Below are positions 50,976 through 63,190 of a stretch of 64,000 nt of DNA, one piece after another. A program made the position numbers and the translations under genes. The stretch spans positions 42,780,001-42,844,000 of the forward strand of contig CM114271.1 of NCBI GenBank assembly GCA_050084515.1. Direction: 5' to 3'. Source of the DNA: Blasia pusilla (taxonomy: Eukaryota). The notes under the pieces were generated by a model, which saw only the letters and a list, made by a program, of their open reading frames with translations, was not told the DNA's origin and did no database searches. Position 1 is the first letter of the stretch. Each line of letters starts with the position of its first letter.

Positions 50976-51339
50976 ATCGCTTGACATGGATCCTCGGCCT
51001 TGGGAGTGGGCGAGGCGTCGTATGAGATCGCGACAGATCAGCCGGTTGTGTTGGTGAGCCCCATGCCTACCGAGACGGTGGAGGCAGTGGCTGGGGGCGA
51101 GACCCGAGGAGATATACGCACCAGGGGAGATCGGGAGAGACAATCTTGGACTTCTTGGGATGTTTTGCAGGTACGCAAGGAGATGATAGCCACAACATTG
51201 AGCATGGTTTCGGGCACTGCACGTGGAGGAGATTAGAGTTTGCAGTTGGCTGCAGGAGAGCGGCCGAGTGTTGTTGTTCGAGACGGGGTTGCACCATAGC
51301 AACCACCGATACCCGCGCCGGAGAGTCCTATCGTAGTCA

Positions 51340-52780
51340 CGATGGAGACTTGGGAGCCAGATATGGGCCCTAAGTTGACAGGAGGAGAGCGGCGCCGAAT
51401 ACATCAGTTCCTCAGGAGTTATAGGAGCTGCTTTCCGTTTAGCATGGAGGATTTGGGTACGTTGAAGGGAGCGAGGATCCGCATTGATTTGTCGAGTGAT
51501 ATGCCGATCTTCCGACGACCCTACAAGTACAGTGATATGGAGAGGGCTCTGATTCAGAGTAGGAGCCAGGACTTGGTTGGAGCAGGACTAGTGGAGATGT
51601 CGCATGGGGAGTATGCATCTGCCACTCTCATGCCCGCCAAGAAGGATGTGCATGGCAACTGGACGGATAGGCGGATGTGTGGGGATTACCGACCTATGAA
51701 TCGGCAGACGAAGTCCGATAGGTATGCCATGCCCACCCCTGAGGAGATCTTTGATGCGATTGGTCACGCAAAGGTCTTGATTCATTGATTTATGAGCCGG
51801 ATACCATCACCCCGATCAGATTGGAGGACAAAGTAAGACGGCATTTTGGGGCATCGATCCTCACGGGAAGGATTGTTTGTACCAGTGGCGGTTCTTACCA
51901 TTTGGGTTAAAGAACGCCCCGGCTGAGTTTCAGAGGGTCATGGATAGGATCTTGGCTGGTCTGGATTTTGCTAGGTGTTATATTTATGACATCGTAGTCT
52001 TTAGCGCCACGGTTGAAGAGCATGAGCAACATCTAGAGGAGGTGTTTCGACGATTGCAATTACATGGGCTGAAGCTACATCCGGGCAAGTGCAAGTTCTT
52101 CTACAACCAGATTGAGTACTTGGGTCATACAATATACCCAGGGGACCTTGGTGTTCAGCAGACGAAGGTAGAGGCTATCTCACGCATTCCACGCCCTACA
52201 GATGTGAGCCGTGTTCGCACATTCATGGGATTGGCGAACTTCTATTGGCGATATGTCAAGGGATTGATTCGATTATGGTCACTGACCTTGCTGACCAAGG
52301 TGGATCACGAGTGGCACCGGGGATGAGCAGGAGCGAGCATTTCAATTGCTCAGGACAAAGTTGGCGTCCGCACCCATCTTGAGGAGACCGATCGGGCGTC
52401 CTTTCGATTTGCACGCATTGGAGCATGTTGGGGCTTGGAGCGGTGCTCACCCAAAGCATGATGATGAGGGTAGAGAGTTCGTGGTGGCTTACGCTAGCCG
52501 CTCGAACAACGTTGCAGGCAAAGTATAGCTCGTATGAGGGTGAGTGCTTGGTGCGGTGTGGGCATCGCGCATTTCAGGTGTTACTTATTCGGCAACCCTT
52601 TACCATCATCATCGATCATCAACCACTGAAGTGGTTGATGGAGTCCGACAAGCTTGGGGAAGCTTGCCGGATGGGCTCTGTTGTTGCAGGAGTATGATTT
52701 TCAGGTGGTACATAGACTGGGGACGCTCAACCAGGATGAGATGGGTTGAGTCGTAACCCATGCCCGAGTCAACGAGATGC
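51340..52780 (+). pseudogene. Reverse transcriptase and RNase H
   Basis: YASATLMPAKKD...RRMCGDYRPMN...YAMP; LPFGLKNAPAEFQRVMD; YIYDIVVFS (YIDD mutated); EYLGH; GLGAVLTQ, VVAYASRS, YSSYEGECL, DHQPLKWL. Confidence 0.92.
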
Positions 52781-53099
52781 GGATCGGAGCTCGATGGCAT
52801 GGAGAGAGTGATGAGGAGTCGGTGCCAGGATGGCACGCGTCAGCCTATTTAGGCATGTTGGCTATGGAGAGCCAGAGTGTGGAGACTTCGATGGCGAGGT
52901 CTAGTGGAGAGTCCTTGGATCCTGAAACCAGTGAGGACACGACAAGTGGCCGAGATATTCATGATGATGGAGTAGTCTTAGAGTACCTTCAGATCTTGGC
53001 GACCTTGCAAGCACCATGGATGCTAGAGAGCGGGATCGGATCCTACAACGGGCCAGACGGTTTCGTTGGGAGGGGACACATGTTTTGAGGGTTTGGGAG

Positions 53100-54381
53100 G
53101 ATGGCAGAGTACGCGTAGCGCCGCATCCTTCGCAGAGAGCACGACTAGTGCAGCATGCCCATGAGGAGTTGGGTCACTTTGGGGTGAAGCGGACGATGCG
53201 GCTTGCTCCATTCAGTATTGGTGGCGAGGCATGCAGATTGGCGTTGAGTTTGTTTCAGGTGCATGGTGTGTGATCGGGTCCGAGCATCGTTCAATGCTCC
53301 GACTCCTCCGATTGCATCCATTACCGATCATGGGCTTAGGGTATAGATGGAGTTTGGATTTTGCGGGACCTTTGCCCTTGACGGAGCATCACAATCGTTA
53401 TGTGTTGGTGATGGTCGAGCACTTCTCAAAGTGGATCGAGTTGGTTGCATTGCCTGACAAAGCGAGTGAGGGAGTAGCTTATGCCTTCCTTGACAGAGTT
53501 TGAGTCATTATGGTGCACCGGTGAGGTGTTGATGAGACAGTGGTACCGAGTTTAGCGGTGAGTTCAGGCCTTGTGTGATCGGCGATCGACCACCGCCGCG
53601 ACCGCAGCGAGATCATCCCGAGGCGGATGGATTAGCGGAGAGAGTTGTCAGACGGTGAAGAGGGGTTTACGCAAGTATGGCTTGCAGAGAGGTCACCTAG
53701 GAGATTGGGACCTCGATTGCCATGGTTGGCGATGGGATACAAATTCAGCAGCGAGGCATCCTTAGCGTCTTTTTCACCGTACTTGCTACTTTATGGCGAG
53801 AGCCGATTTACCTCTGACCATTCGTCGAGATCTTTGGTGAGGTTTGGACCTTGATGACCCAGATGTATGGGTGCGAGCATGTTCTCAAAGGGCTGAGTTA
53901 TTTCGGAGAGTGATGCCCATGGCGTTCGAGAACTTGGCGATTGCACAACATCGGGATACATTGAGGTATGCGACTATTCGGGGTGGTGGTTATCGACCAA
54001 CTATCCGGAGGTTTCATCGGGAGATTATGTCTACTTGCGCAGACGGCACCGACGGCGTTGGATGTGATCAGAGGGCGCACTATCCGAGAGTGCGTGACAT
54101 TTTGCCATCGGGTGTTCTCTTGCTGGAGGGACGCGATGGTATGGTATGGAAGGATCATGTGCGTAATTGTGCGCCATGTCACCTTCCTAACATTGATGGT
54201 ACAGTAGATCCGAGCTTAGCAAGAGTTCCGCATGCTTGCGTTGTATGTTGTGTGGTTACGCCGGTAGTGCGCCACGATGCTAGTCTGTGATGGGTGTTCG
54301 AGAGGATGACATATGGCATGTTTGGCGCCACCTCTCACTAGGGTTCCTCGGGGGCGATGGATGTGTCCCGGATGTACCTGA
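53100..54381 (+). pseudogene. DDE integrase with C-terminal PHD finger
   Basis: HHCC zinc-binding region (HAHEELGHFG...C..C); WSLDFAGPLP...LVMVEHFSKW; GTEF; ADGLAE. PHD at ~54240-54378 (frameshifted here, intact in the 5717-5854 copy). Confidence 0.9.
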
Positions 54382-54551
54382 GTAGGTAGTTCTACATTCC
54401 GACTTGTGTATGTGACATGGATGACAAGGAGGCGACTAACGATGGGGCCACATGAGCACCCGGCCTTCTTGCTCTTAGCGTCTGAGAGATGTATGTCATG
54501 GTAGGTAGGGATAGATGGCTATATGGAGTTAGAGGGACCTAACCACCAGTT

Positions 54552-54560
54552 AGGGGGGCG
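54552..54560 (+). promoter_or_regulatory. Putative polypurine tract preceding B1
   Basis: AGGGGGGCG immediately before B1, conserved as AGGGGGGTG at 6029-6037. No purine tract precedes the TG of A2. Confidence 0.6.
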
Positions 54561-55333
54561 ATTGGAGATATTTTGGTACTTCTTGTCTCGTTATTTGGAT
54601 GCCATGAGTTAGCATGGGATCATGCGTGTTTGTGTTTGTGTTCGGTGACAGCGATGTATGTTGTGTAGCGATGTGTATGGGCACGACAGCTGTCACGTCT
54701 TTTAGGATAGATCGGTGAGATCTAATAGAGCGCCTTCGTGAGTAGTGGAGGACACGCCCAATAGGTCGAGGGTGACCTACTGAGGCCCTTGGAAACGTGA
54801 GATAGCAGGTTTCCCCTTCGTTTCGGCTCATTTGGAGCCATATTGAGGAACTTACTATTTTAGGTAAGTACCATTTTGAGTATATGATCAACTTACTATT
54901 TTTGGTAAGTGGCCCTTGATCTCCTACATCAGGTCAAGAGCCAAGGAGGTGACTTGGGAGAATAGGTTACCATGGAGAGAGCTTGGGAGAGGGGAGGGGT
55001 ATACCTCAAGGAGAGAGAGCTTGAGAGCTCATTCTCTCTTTGTTGAACCTCTTGGCATGAGGCGGAGGAGCTATGGTACCTTGCCTTGTGAGTGTAACCC
55101 AAGCCTCTCATTAGGAGAGTGGGTTTGGTTTGACATGAGAGAGAGTGCACACCTTTGAGAGCTATGGTGTGAGATGGTGGAGAGAGAGATTGGATCTTAC
55201 TTTAATTGAAGATATTTTGGTACTTCTTGTCTCGTTATTTGGATGCCATGAGTTAACATTGGGTTCATGCGTGTTTGTGTGTGTATTCGGTGACAGCGAT
55301 GTATGTTGTGTAGCGATGTGTATGCGCACGACA
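54561..55333 (+). repeat. 3' terminal B1-gc-A2-B2 array
   Basis: B1 (54561-54688) and B2 (55205-55333) are ~128-bp direct repeats flanking A2. The B1/A2 junction GACAGCTGTC (54685-54694) is a perfect palindrome. Confidence 0.95.
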
Positions 55334-58300
55334 CTGCCGCTCACAATTAGGTAAGCTTTCTTAGCTTTCGCTTATGTTCTTATTATCTTTACTCGTTGCT
55401 TGTGTATTTTTACCTTACTGATTACTAGATTACCGAAACCGGACGATTCCGAGAACTTCTACCTCGCCCAACTCTCTTCTTCTTGTCGCGTAGAAATTCC
55501 CAACCCCGAGGAGATGTTAACGTGAGAGCCTCACCGTTACATCATCCGCCGGATGCTCAGTCGTGCCTTTGGTTGGGGAAACAAATTCTTCATGTGCCCT
55601 TCGTCAAGTGGATTTCTCTGCCTACTCCAGTCTCCAATCTCTACCATGTCTTTCTCATCTCAATTTTTCCGACCGCAATAAATTCCTCAACATGTCACCT
55701 GCATCCCTGAAATCTTCAGACATTTTTCGCAGCCTTATCTTTCCACCACCTTCTTGTTGTCCCTGAAATCCACCTCGTACTGTACGATCTCCGTGAACAC
55801 GGTGTTTGCATTGTTGGATGGCATATGCATACGGTGTGTCAATAGATCTGAAACTGACATTAGAGATTGCATCCTTCCCCTTCTTGTTTCCCTTCCATGG
55901 CGGCTATTTCCAAGGGACCTCAACATTTTTTGACTATAATCGTGCTCGGAGCCGCCAACTATTTAGTCCATTTTCTTTGTTTGAGCCTTATGCTTCATTA
56001 ATGTACCAGATACGGCAAGCAATTGCGTTATGCTCTACCTCAAAAGCATTTGTTCTAAATAGGGAACTAGACCAACTTCGTAGAGATATGCCCCACTTGA
56101 GTGATGCGAGCTTGCATCACCATCTTTCTAAGTATTCAATTAGCCCCCAGATCCCAGGAAGCCCTGCATGGCATCGAAGGTATTTGAAAGATTTAAAGGC
56201 TTTGGCGCACAAATGGGGAATGCCATATTTTTTCTTAACACTAACTTCTAACAAAGTATCTGCAACAAGATGGAATGAATTTTATGATATTGAAGCTATA
56301 CTTGCCAAGTTTAACCCTGACTTCACTTGGCGTGATGCTCCAACTGAGTGTGCACTATTATTCCATACCAGACTCCACTCTTTTATATCTTCATTCAGTT
56401 TTTTAGGCCCACGTATCTTGGGAAGAGTTGCAGAATATTTGCTTTGTTATGAATTACAGGGCAGAGGGAGTTTGCATTGCTATATGATTTTATGGGTCTA
56501 TCCTGATGATGTTGGACGAATTACGTCAGAAATATGTTCATATATTCCATGTCCTGACCCCAATCTACATCTGCTCCATCCTAGATCTACCCTCAACCCA
56601 AGTGAAGAACTATTAAGCCTAGTGCTTAAGAAGATATCAAAGACTTGGAATCAAGAGTAGGTTTTGAAGACCGTACTACTAACTATCTCCAAAATGATTT
56701 GGGATCGGGATGTCACCCCTACTAACAGCAACAACGAGTATTGATGTTGTTTGTCTTGATGTAGAAGTTGTTACAGCTCATTTTGCTTTCAACATTCCGA
56801 TCCGTGGTGATATTCCATCTATGCATGCTACTCCAGATCCCTACATGAAACTTAAGGTTGCCCATGTGATTGTAGTTGATGATTTCTCAATGCTGACAAC
56901 AAAACTCTTGCAGATTATAGTCATGCGAATAAATGAAGTTGCAAAGTGCAGTAGCCAAAATCTGCTCGAAGGAAAGCTCCTCATCCTTGTAGGCCACCTA
57001 TGCCAGCTTTCACTGTTTGCAGCCACAAGGTTTCCAATTTATGTCATGGCTACCATATTACTTCCTCTAATTTCCTAAAGAGTGCACTCTCCTTTGAATT
57101 GGTTACACCTGTACGACATTCAAGTGATCCTCTTTATAATCAATTCCTAACTTCTATCAGATCTGCTATTCCAGCACAGGCCCAGATTGATGACAATCTA
57201 GGACCCTGTTTTGTGTCTCGGAATGAAGCTACAGATTTCATCACTTCTAACACAACAATCATTTGTAATCATTGTGATGATGTGGCCATGTTCAATCTCC
57301 TATCCCTCAGAAGAATTTTTGGAGATGCTTCTATTATCAAAGTGGACGTTATTTCTTACGCTCCTCCACAACCAGAATTTGATATTTGGTTAAATGATGA
57401 ATCTTTCCACCAACTACCATTCGTTGCGCTCCACTGTCGAGTTATGATTACATCTAATGTTAACTTGAAGTGCAAGGCAGCCAATGGATCTCTTGGTAGT
57501 GTTTGATCTTATCTATGAGAACAATGAGTTGGTTTATATTGTTATCATTCTTCAATCCAATGGACATTCTATCAAAATAGGTAGAATTTCTCTACTCTAA
57601 GGTATGACTCGTATCGTAAATATATCAAGAGGTCATTTCCACTTATATAAGGCTATGCCATGACTGCACACAAAATTCAAGGTTCCAATGTTGAAGGTCG
57701 TTATTTTCTGGTTGTTCAGTCAATTTTTGCATTGGGATTAGCCTATGGTATGCTATCTAGGGTAAAAAATAGAGATCTATTGCGCATATTAGGATCATTG
57801 GACCCTAATGGCTTCCTAGTAATTGGTCAGCGGGTTGCAAGTGTCTCTTAATTTTGTATTGTTACATTTTATGTAGCTTTTATATAAGCATATCGGCCAG
57901 AGCCAGCTCAAGCAAGGGACGTAGTGTCAGATCTGTTCCTCACTCACAACAAAATGAGTAGTTTCCTTTATATGACCATGAACCGAATCCAACGATTATG
58001 AGATCTTCAATCTCAGCGATAGAATCAAACCCCCACTCAATCACCAATACAGGTTAATCCCTATGCCTCCCTTCCCTCATTTTCTATATTGTCTTTTGTT
58101 GCTGTATCTAATTCATGACCCACATGTGCCCTCAAGTTACCTGGACTTTGCTAGCATGATACTTTCAGACATTCAAACACAGCCAAAGGAATTCAAGCCC
58201 AGGTTCATATTTCCCACAAAAAACAGATATAATACGTGGACAACCTAGGGATGGTTCCTGCCTTTTGGGAGCATGGTGTGACGGGAAGGCAGATCCAGAG

Positions 58301-61236
58301 TCTCATAAGCCAAGGCTAGCTATGGGATGCTAAGTTCCGACGTTTGAACAAGGATGCATCAGCATCAGGTATTCTTGCTATTATTATGTAGTTTTCCTTT
58401 CCAATTCATCTTTCAGTTTGTCCTCTCTCTTGCTTTGAGAATAACTCCAATACATTTCTATTTCAGGAATCCAGAAAGAAGTTCTCAAATACAAAAATGT
58501 TGACTTCAAGGAGACTTCACTGAGAAGAAAAGATGTTACTAGGCTCTTTAACCTTGTATCTGGTGGCATAAGACTAGATCAACTACGAGTCTTGAAACAC
58601 AAGATGCATTTTCCACTACACATGTTATTAGAGCTTAGCTCAGCTAAAGCTACTCATCTCATCGATAGGATGAAGGCAACCCAAGAGAACAGGCAGCTAC
58701 CAAAATTTTAACCCATTCCTGTTGATGTTGACAATCCATCACATTTTCCAATGCTTCCAGAGTTTGATGATATAATCAGACCTTCCAATGCTCCCTCAGA
58801 CTAGCGAATTCCTTTCAACACTGTAGTCTCCTAGCAAAAGGAAGTGTGTTGCTAAGTTAGTCATTGTTTATTAGTTCTCATTAACCTATTGTATTGGGTA
58901 TTTTGCACATCATGTTGCACTAACTATGGACTTTTTCTCTCCTTATTCATGAATATTTAGATGGATGTTTGTTATCTCCACATATGCCAAACTAATCACC
59001 TCATTTCATGTGTAGGTCTTTCTTGGAGTTTTTGCCACCTTAGATATAGTCGTACCGATTTTTTTATGCCCCTGGCTATTCCACTGACTTTTTCTCTACT
59101 TTAGTCATTTGAACTAATGTGATCAGCTCACCTGGCTTCCATTTTCCAATTATATTAAATTACTTTTGATTTACCACAACCTAATTCAAAGATTCTCGGT
59201 TACACAATGCTACCATAAATCTATGCTCTTTTTTAATTTTAATACTTCTCCTGAGCCCATGGTATTTACAATGAATTATTCTTTTGATACATGTTCACAT
59301 TTATAAATGGTCCACACATATGTCTTATTTTTGTCCACACCACTTTGTCTTCCCAATATCACATTCTACTTTGTTCTTCTTCATGTTACCATTTCTACTT
59401 TGATACTTAACTTAGATGATTCCATCTTCATTATGACTGTCGTAGTACTTGCTCTTGCTGCTTCATTTTGCAAGTGCTTCTTTAGGGTGTTCACTTCATT
59501 GACAAATAGCCACCTTCTAGACTACATTTTATTTCAGTTCTGCTTTATTCTGTGTAGATCTAACTAGATTGATCTATACTTTCATAATTTCTTCATTATA
59601 CTATCAGGTGTTTTCTCTCATACTTGTGCATCTAGTAATGGCAAAACAATGCTATCTCCTTTCTAGGGATTGTTGCACCTCCCTTCCTACTTTCGTGCTT
59701 CTACATTTCCTAGTTTGCCCTTCGTATACTTTTGTGATCTGGCTTCCCTTTCCTATTTCATATGAACACGATTTTGCAGGCTTGGCGAGATGACGGCGAG
59801 TGCCGCGAATTTCAACAAGGCTACACTGGAGATTTTGCAAAGTGGGATCATGATGATCACAACCAATCCGCGAACATCTATGACTCTATTCATGAGTCTT
59901 TAGACAATGCTGAAAGGCACTTCCCACGCCTTAATGTAGAAATATGTTGCCTTGTTGATGTCTTGCAGCTTGAGCGGGATGCACGTTATTCTACTGCAGT
60001 TGAGCTACATGATAGAAAGTTGCAGATTAAAGATGCTAGGACACATTTCAAGGACTTCTTGAAAGATGTCCAAGAGTACTTAGACAAGGATCCAAAACTT
60101 AGTCTCCAGGCTTCCATTATCATGTCTCTTCTCAAACCATAGTTAGCATTCTGATCTTTCTGATGTTCAACTAGTTCTATTACGGCTCTATATCACCTGC
60201 TAGTCTTTGGGATTGCTACATCTACAACTCATTTTCACCTAGATCACATGCAGATGTATGCATGCACTTCTCTTATGAGCATCATCTTAGACCATTTCAG
60301 CCTATATCAAATCTCGTCGGATATCAATTCTGGGTCAACATATAATAACCACCATATTAGCACAATTCTTCATTTTCTTTGTATTAGCACAATTAGTGCT
60401 TCAAATACTAGTGTATTCTAATTCTCATGGGTTCGGCTCACTCACACTGCCTATTTTTGGCATCTTCTTGAATTTTGTGCTTCCACATTGCATCATGTTC
60501 AGGCCAGCCGAGGTCATGTGAGCATCTAAACAACCACACATTATTTTGTGCAACAATATCCTCTCAATTTTTCCTGCTTTATTAATAATTCAAATCCACA
60601 ACGAATGTCAGTTATTCATGATATCTTTCTTTTGAAGACTCTCAAAGCATAAGCTTTCATTTATGCATATCTAGCCATCGTAAAAAAATTAGAGTTCTTT
60701 TGGCTTAGTCTACCTCAAATCACCCTATTTGAGTTCTATGCTCATCACAATATAGTTCTTCGTGTCGCCTCGACCTTGCCGCACCCTCCCTATCTGAACC
60801 GTCCATCTACTACATGCAGCCCAACCTTAGCTTCCAATATTCTCTGTACAGCGTAAAAGAAAAAGGAGTTTCCAAATTTATTAAGTTTAGTCTCGCTTGA
60901 TAATTCCACCCTTATCAACATTGTTATCACCTTAGCAATCCTAGACCGCACCCTAGTTTAACTTGGTGTTTTTCTTTTATTTCAGGTGATTTCTTTACTT
61001 GAAGAATTTTAGGGGTACCAAAAATGACAAATGATTTCCTTTGAAGTAGATAAGGATGAGAAAAAAAAATTCTCTTATAAGTTAAGGGGTCTAGACCCCA
61101 AAACGTTGCAGGTGATGCAAAGCCTTTCATATAGTGACCCCCTTGAGATCTTGCCTCTATACACAGGAAACTCCCTCCTCATATCTGTGAATTGATATCA
61201 TGGGGATGAGACTAAAGTTGAGCTACATGGCTTTAC

Positions 61237-61551
61237 GGTCTCCCGAACTACATAGTCCAACTAGGCTTGTGGTTGTTCCTTCAACATCTAAAAGATGGCG
61301 AGCTGAACCTCATTTGAAACTCACCGAAGTTTGAACCCCTGCGACCTTACTTCAAGCGTTATTGCTACCTTTCTTCTTCATCAGAGATAACTCCTTGGTC
61401 TCCCCAACCACATAGTCCAACTGGGCTTGTGGTTATTCCTTCAACACCTAAAAGATGGCGCGTTGAACCTCATTGAAACTCACTCAAGTTTGAACCCCTG
61501 CAACCTTACTTCAAGCGTCATTTCTAACTTTCTTCTTCACCGGAGATGACT
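61237..61551. repeat. ~160-bp diverged tandem duplication
   Basis: GGTCTCCC...CATAGTCCAACT...TTTCTTCTTCA at 61237 and 61397; probably TE-derived. Confidence 0.8.
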
Positions 61552-62339
61552 ATTTGTGGGTCAACCCCTCCAAGGTCTTGTTCCTCCAACAAGTTGCCAA
61601 GAGTCTTGGATGGGGAGTTTTCTTGAAGGGGAGGGGAGGGATTTTGGCTTTGTCCCCCCAAGTAGCTATGTCCCTTTTTCACCAAAGGCTAGTCACAAGA
61701 CATGTCCGCGTCTCGCCTAATTAGCTTAGTGGCTGGTTCTGCCCCACTTCCTATGTTTGCAACTAGCTAGTCTAGGTTGCAACTTTGATGGGTCATATCA
61801 AGGTCTTTTCTCCTTGGACCCGCAATCATGATTCTCTTCCTAAGTCCTCCGCTAGTGTGGGCTCAAAAGACTAAGATATTCACAATCCGCCTAGTCAGAA
61901 ACAATAGCTCGCCTACTATGCAAGAGAGTGCTCTATTTGCACGTAACGGATCAAGTAGAAGTAGAGATCCTGGTAGAAGCTTCCCTAGTTGTGGTGGACA
62001 TATGGATATAACACACATCATTACGAATCAACTCCAATATCTTGAATGCTCTTCTACCTTGCTTTGGAAATAAAAAGCTAGCTTATTTTCCAAATTTCCA
62101 AGAAGGGCATACCTCTAACATAGTAGGATTCGACACTTTAGGAAGTCCTATCATTAGATTAGATGATGAAAGACTCTACAGTTTTTGAAGATTCATATGC
62201 CCTATTCTCTCATGCCAGACATTGAAATCTTTGACTTGTTGGATAGTTTGACCATACATTGTTGTTTGAATCTATGACATGGAAACATTTAATTTGATCG
62301 TTGTTTTGAGATCTTATTCCAACACATTCTTAAATTACG

Positions 62340-63190
62340 TTGTGATGGAGGATAAGAGTATCTCTCAATAGAGTTTGACAACTACTTACATAAAAAATAA
62401 CATCCAACAACAAGTCACTTATCATTACATCCCATAACAAAATGAAATGGATGAGTAGATGAATTAATATATTTCTTAGGCGACATATGCTATGTTGAAT
62501 GAAAAGAACATTCATAAGGTGTATTAGGTAAAGACTATAATGTATGCAGTCTTTTTAAATAATTTAATTCCAATAGCATGAGTTCATGATAAGATTCCAT
62601 TCGAAATCTTTAGAAGAAGTATTCTTTAGGAAGACTTTTATTCTTGAAAGTTTTTGTTTGTATTTATTATGCTTATGTTCTTTCTGAAAGACGTCACAAA
62701 TTAGATCCTAAATCATAGAGATGTATCTTCATTGGAAGACCTGATGAAAGTAAGGGATATAAGTGCTACATTCTATCCTCTAGACAACTTATTAGTAGTT
62801 GCAATGTTATTTTTTATGAACTTAAGTCATGAAATGCGCCATCTAAACCTATTTCACCTTTAAAGATGTTTGTGGAGAGGAAGAATATTACTATAATGCA
62901 ATAGACATTGCCTAAGTACTAATGTAGGGTTAGGAGAGGTCTTAGACTCTTAAATTAAATACATCAATCCATGGTTGGAAAGAGTATGTATTCACTCTAT
63001 TGACACTAGTCAAAACTGAATTAAGATTTCATAGACATTTACCTTTTAAAAAAACTTTCAATATCAAGTAGGGTCACACAGCCTGGTCATAAATGAAGGA
63101 TTTCTTGCAACACATCATGTATATATGATAATTTCCCTTCAAAATCAAGAACCGAGTTGTTTTAAAGAATCTGCATGTAAGGTTGAATGG
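62340..63190 (+). pseudogene. Highly decayed Ty1/Copia integrase to RT-start remnant
   Basis: DGG*EYLSIEF...IP*QNE; LKVF..YAYV...RHKLDPKS*RCIFIG...SKGYKCY...NVIFYE (~62643-62820); EPSCFKE...W (~63148-63190). Confidence 0.8.

Larger units (their letters stand above)
45019..55333 (+). mobile_element. Ty3/Gypsy-type retrotransposon with DNA cytosine methyltransferase, PHD finger and split direct repeats (A1-ORFs-B1-A2-B2)
   Basis: TGTCACG...CACGACA ends with 4-bp TSD CTGC (45015-45018 and 55334-55337). Domain order gag-PR-DNMT-RT-RH-INT-PHD. Repeats A1 45019-45516, B1 54561-54688, A2 54691-55204, B2 55205-55333. Confidence 0.92.
44587..57851 (+). mobile_element. Degenerate Helitron (HUH Rep + PIF1-like helicase), probably the target of the DNMT-Gypsy insertion
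   Basis: 55806-56660: IPGSPAWH...GMPYFFLTLT...YELQGRGSLHCYMILW (Rep motifs). 56710-57851: LTATTS, IVVDDFSML, LILVGHLCQL, RHSSDP, RVMITSNVN...ANGSLG, FPL..GYAMTAHKIQG, AYGMLSRVK (SF1B helicase). Whether the left part (44587-45018) belongs to it is uncertain; termini not found. Confidence 0.75.

Noticed and set aside
45019-55333. DIRS/Ngaro/PAT tyrosine-recombinase retrotransposon
   Set aside because: The repeats look like theirs, but pol has Gypsy order with protease and HHCC-DDE integrase, TG/CA ends and TSDs. No YR motifs were seen.
54691-55333. Ordinary 3' LTR with a partly deleted 5' LTR
   Set aside because: This does not explain B1 before A2, the G-tract before B1, the same int-B arrangement at 6038-6124, or the self-complementary PBS exactly at the A1 end. 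It is not fully excluded without more copies.
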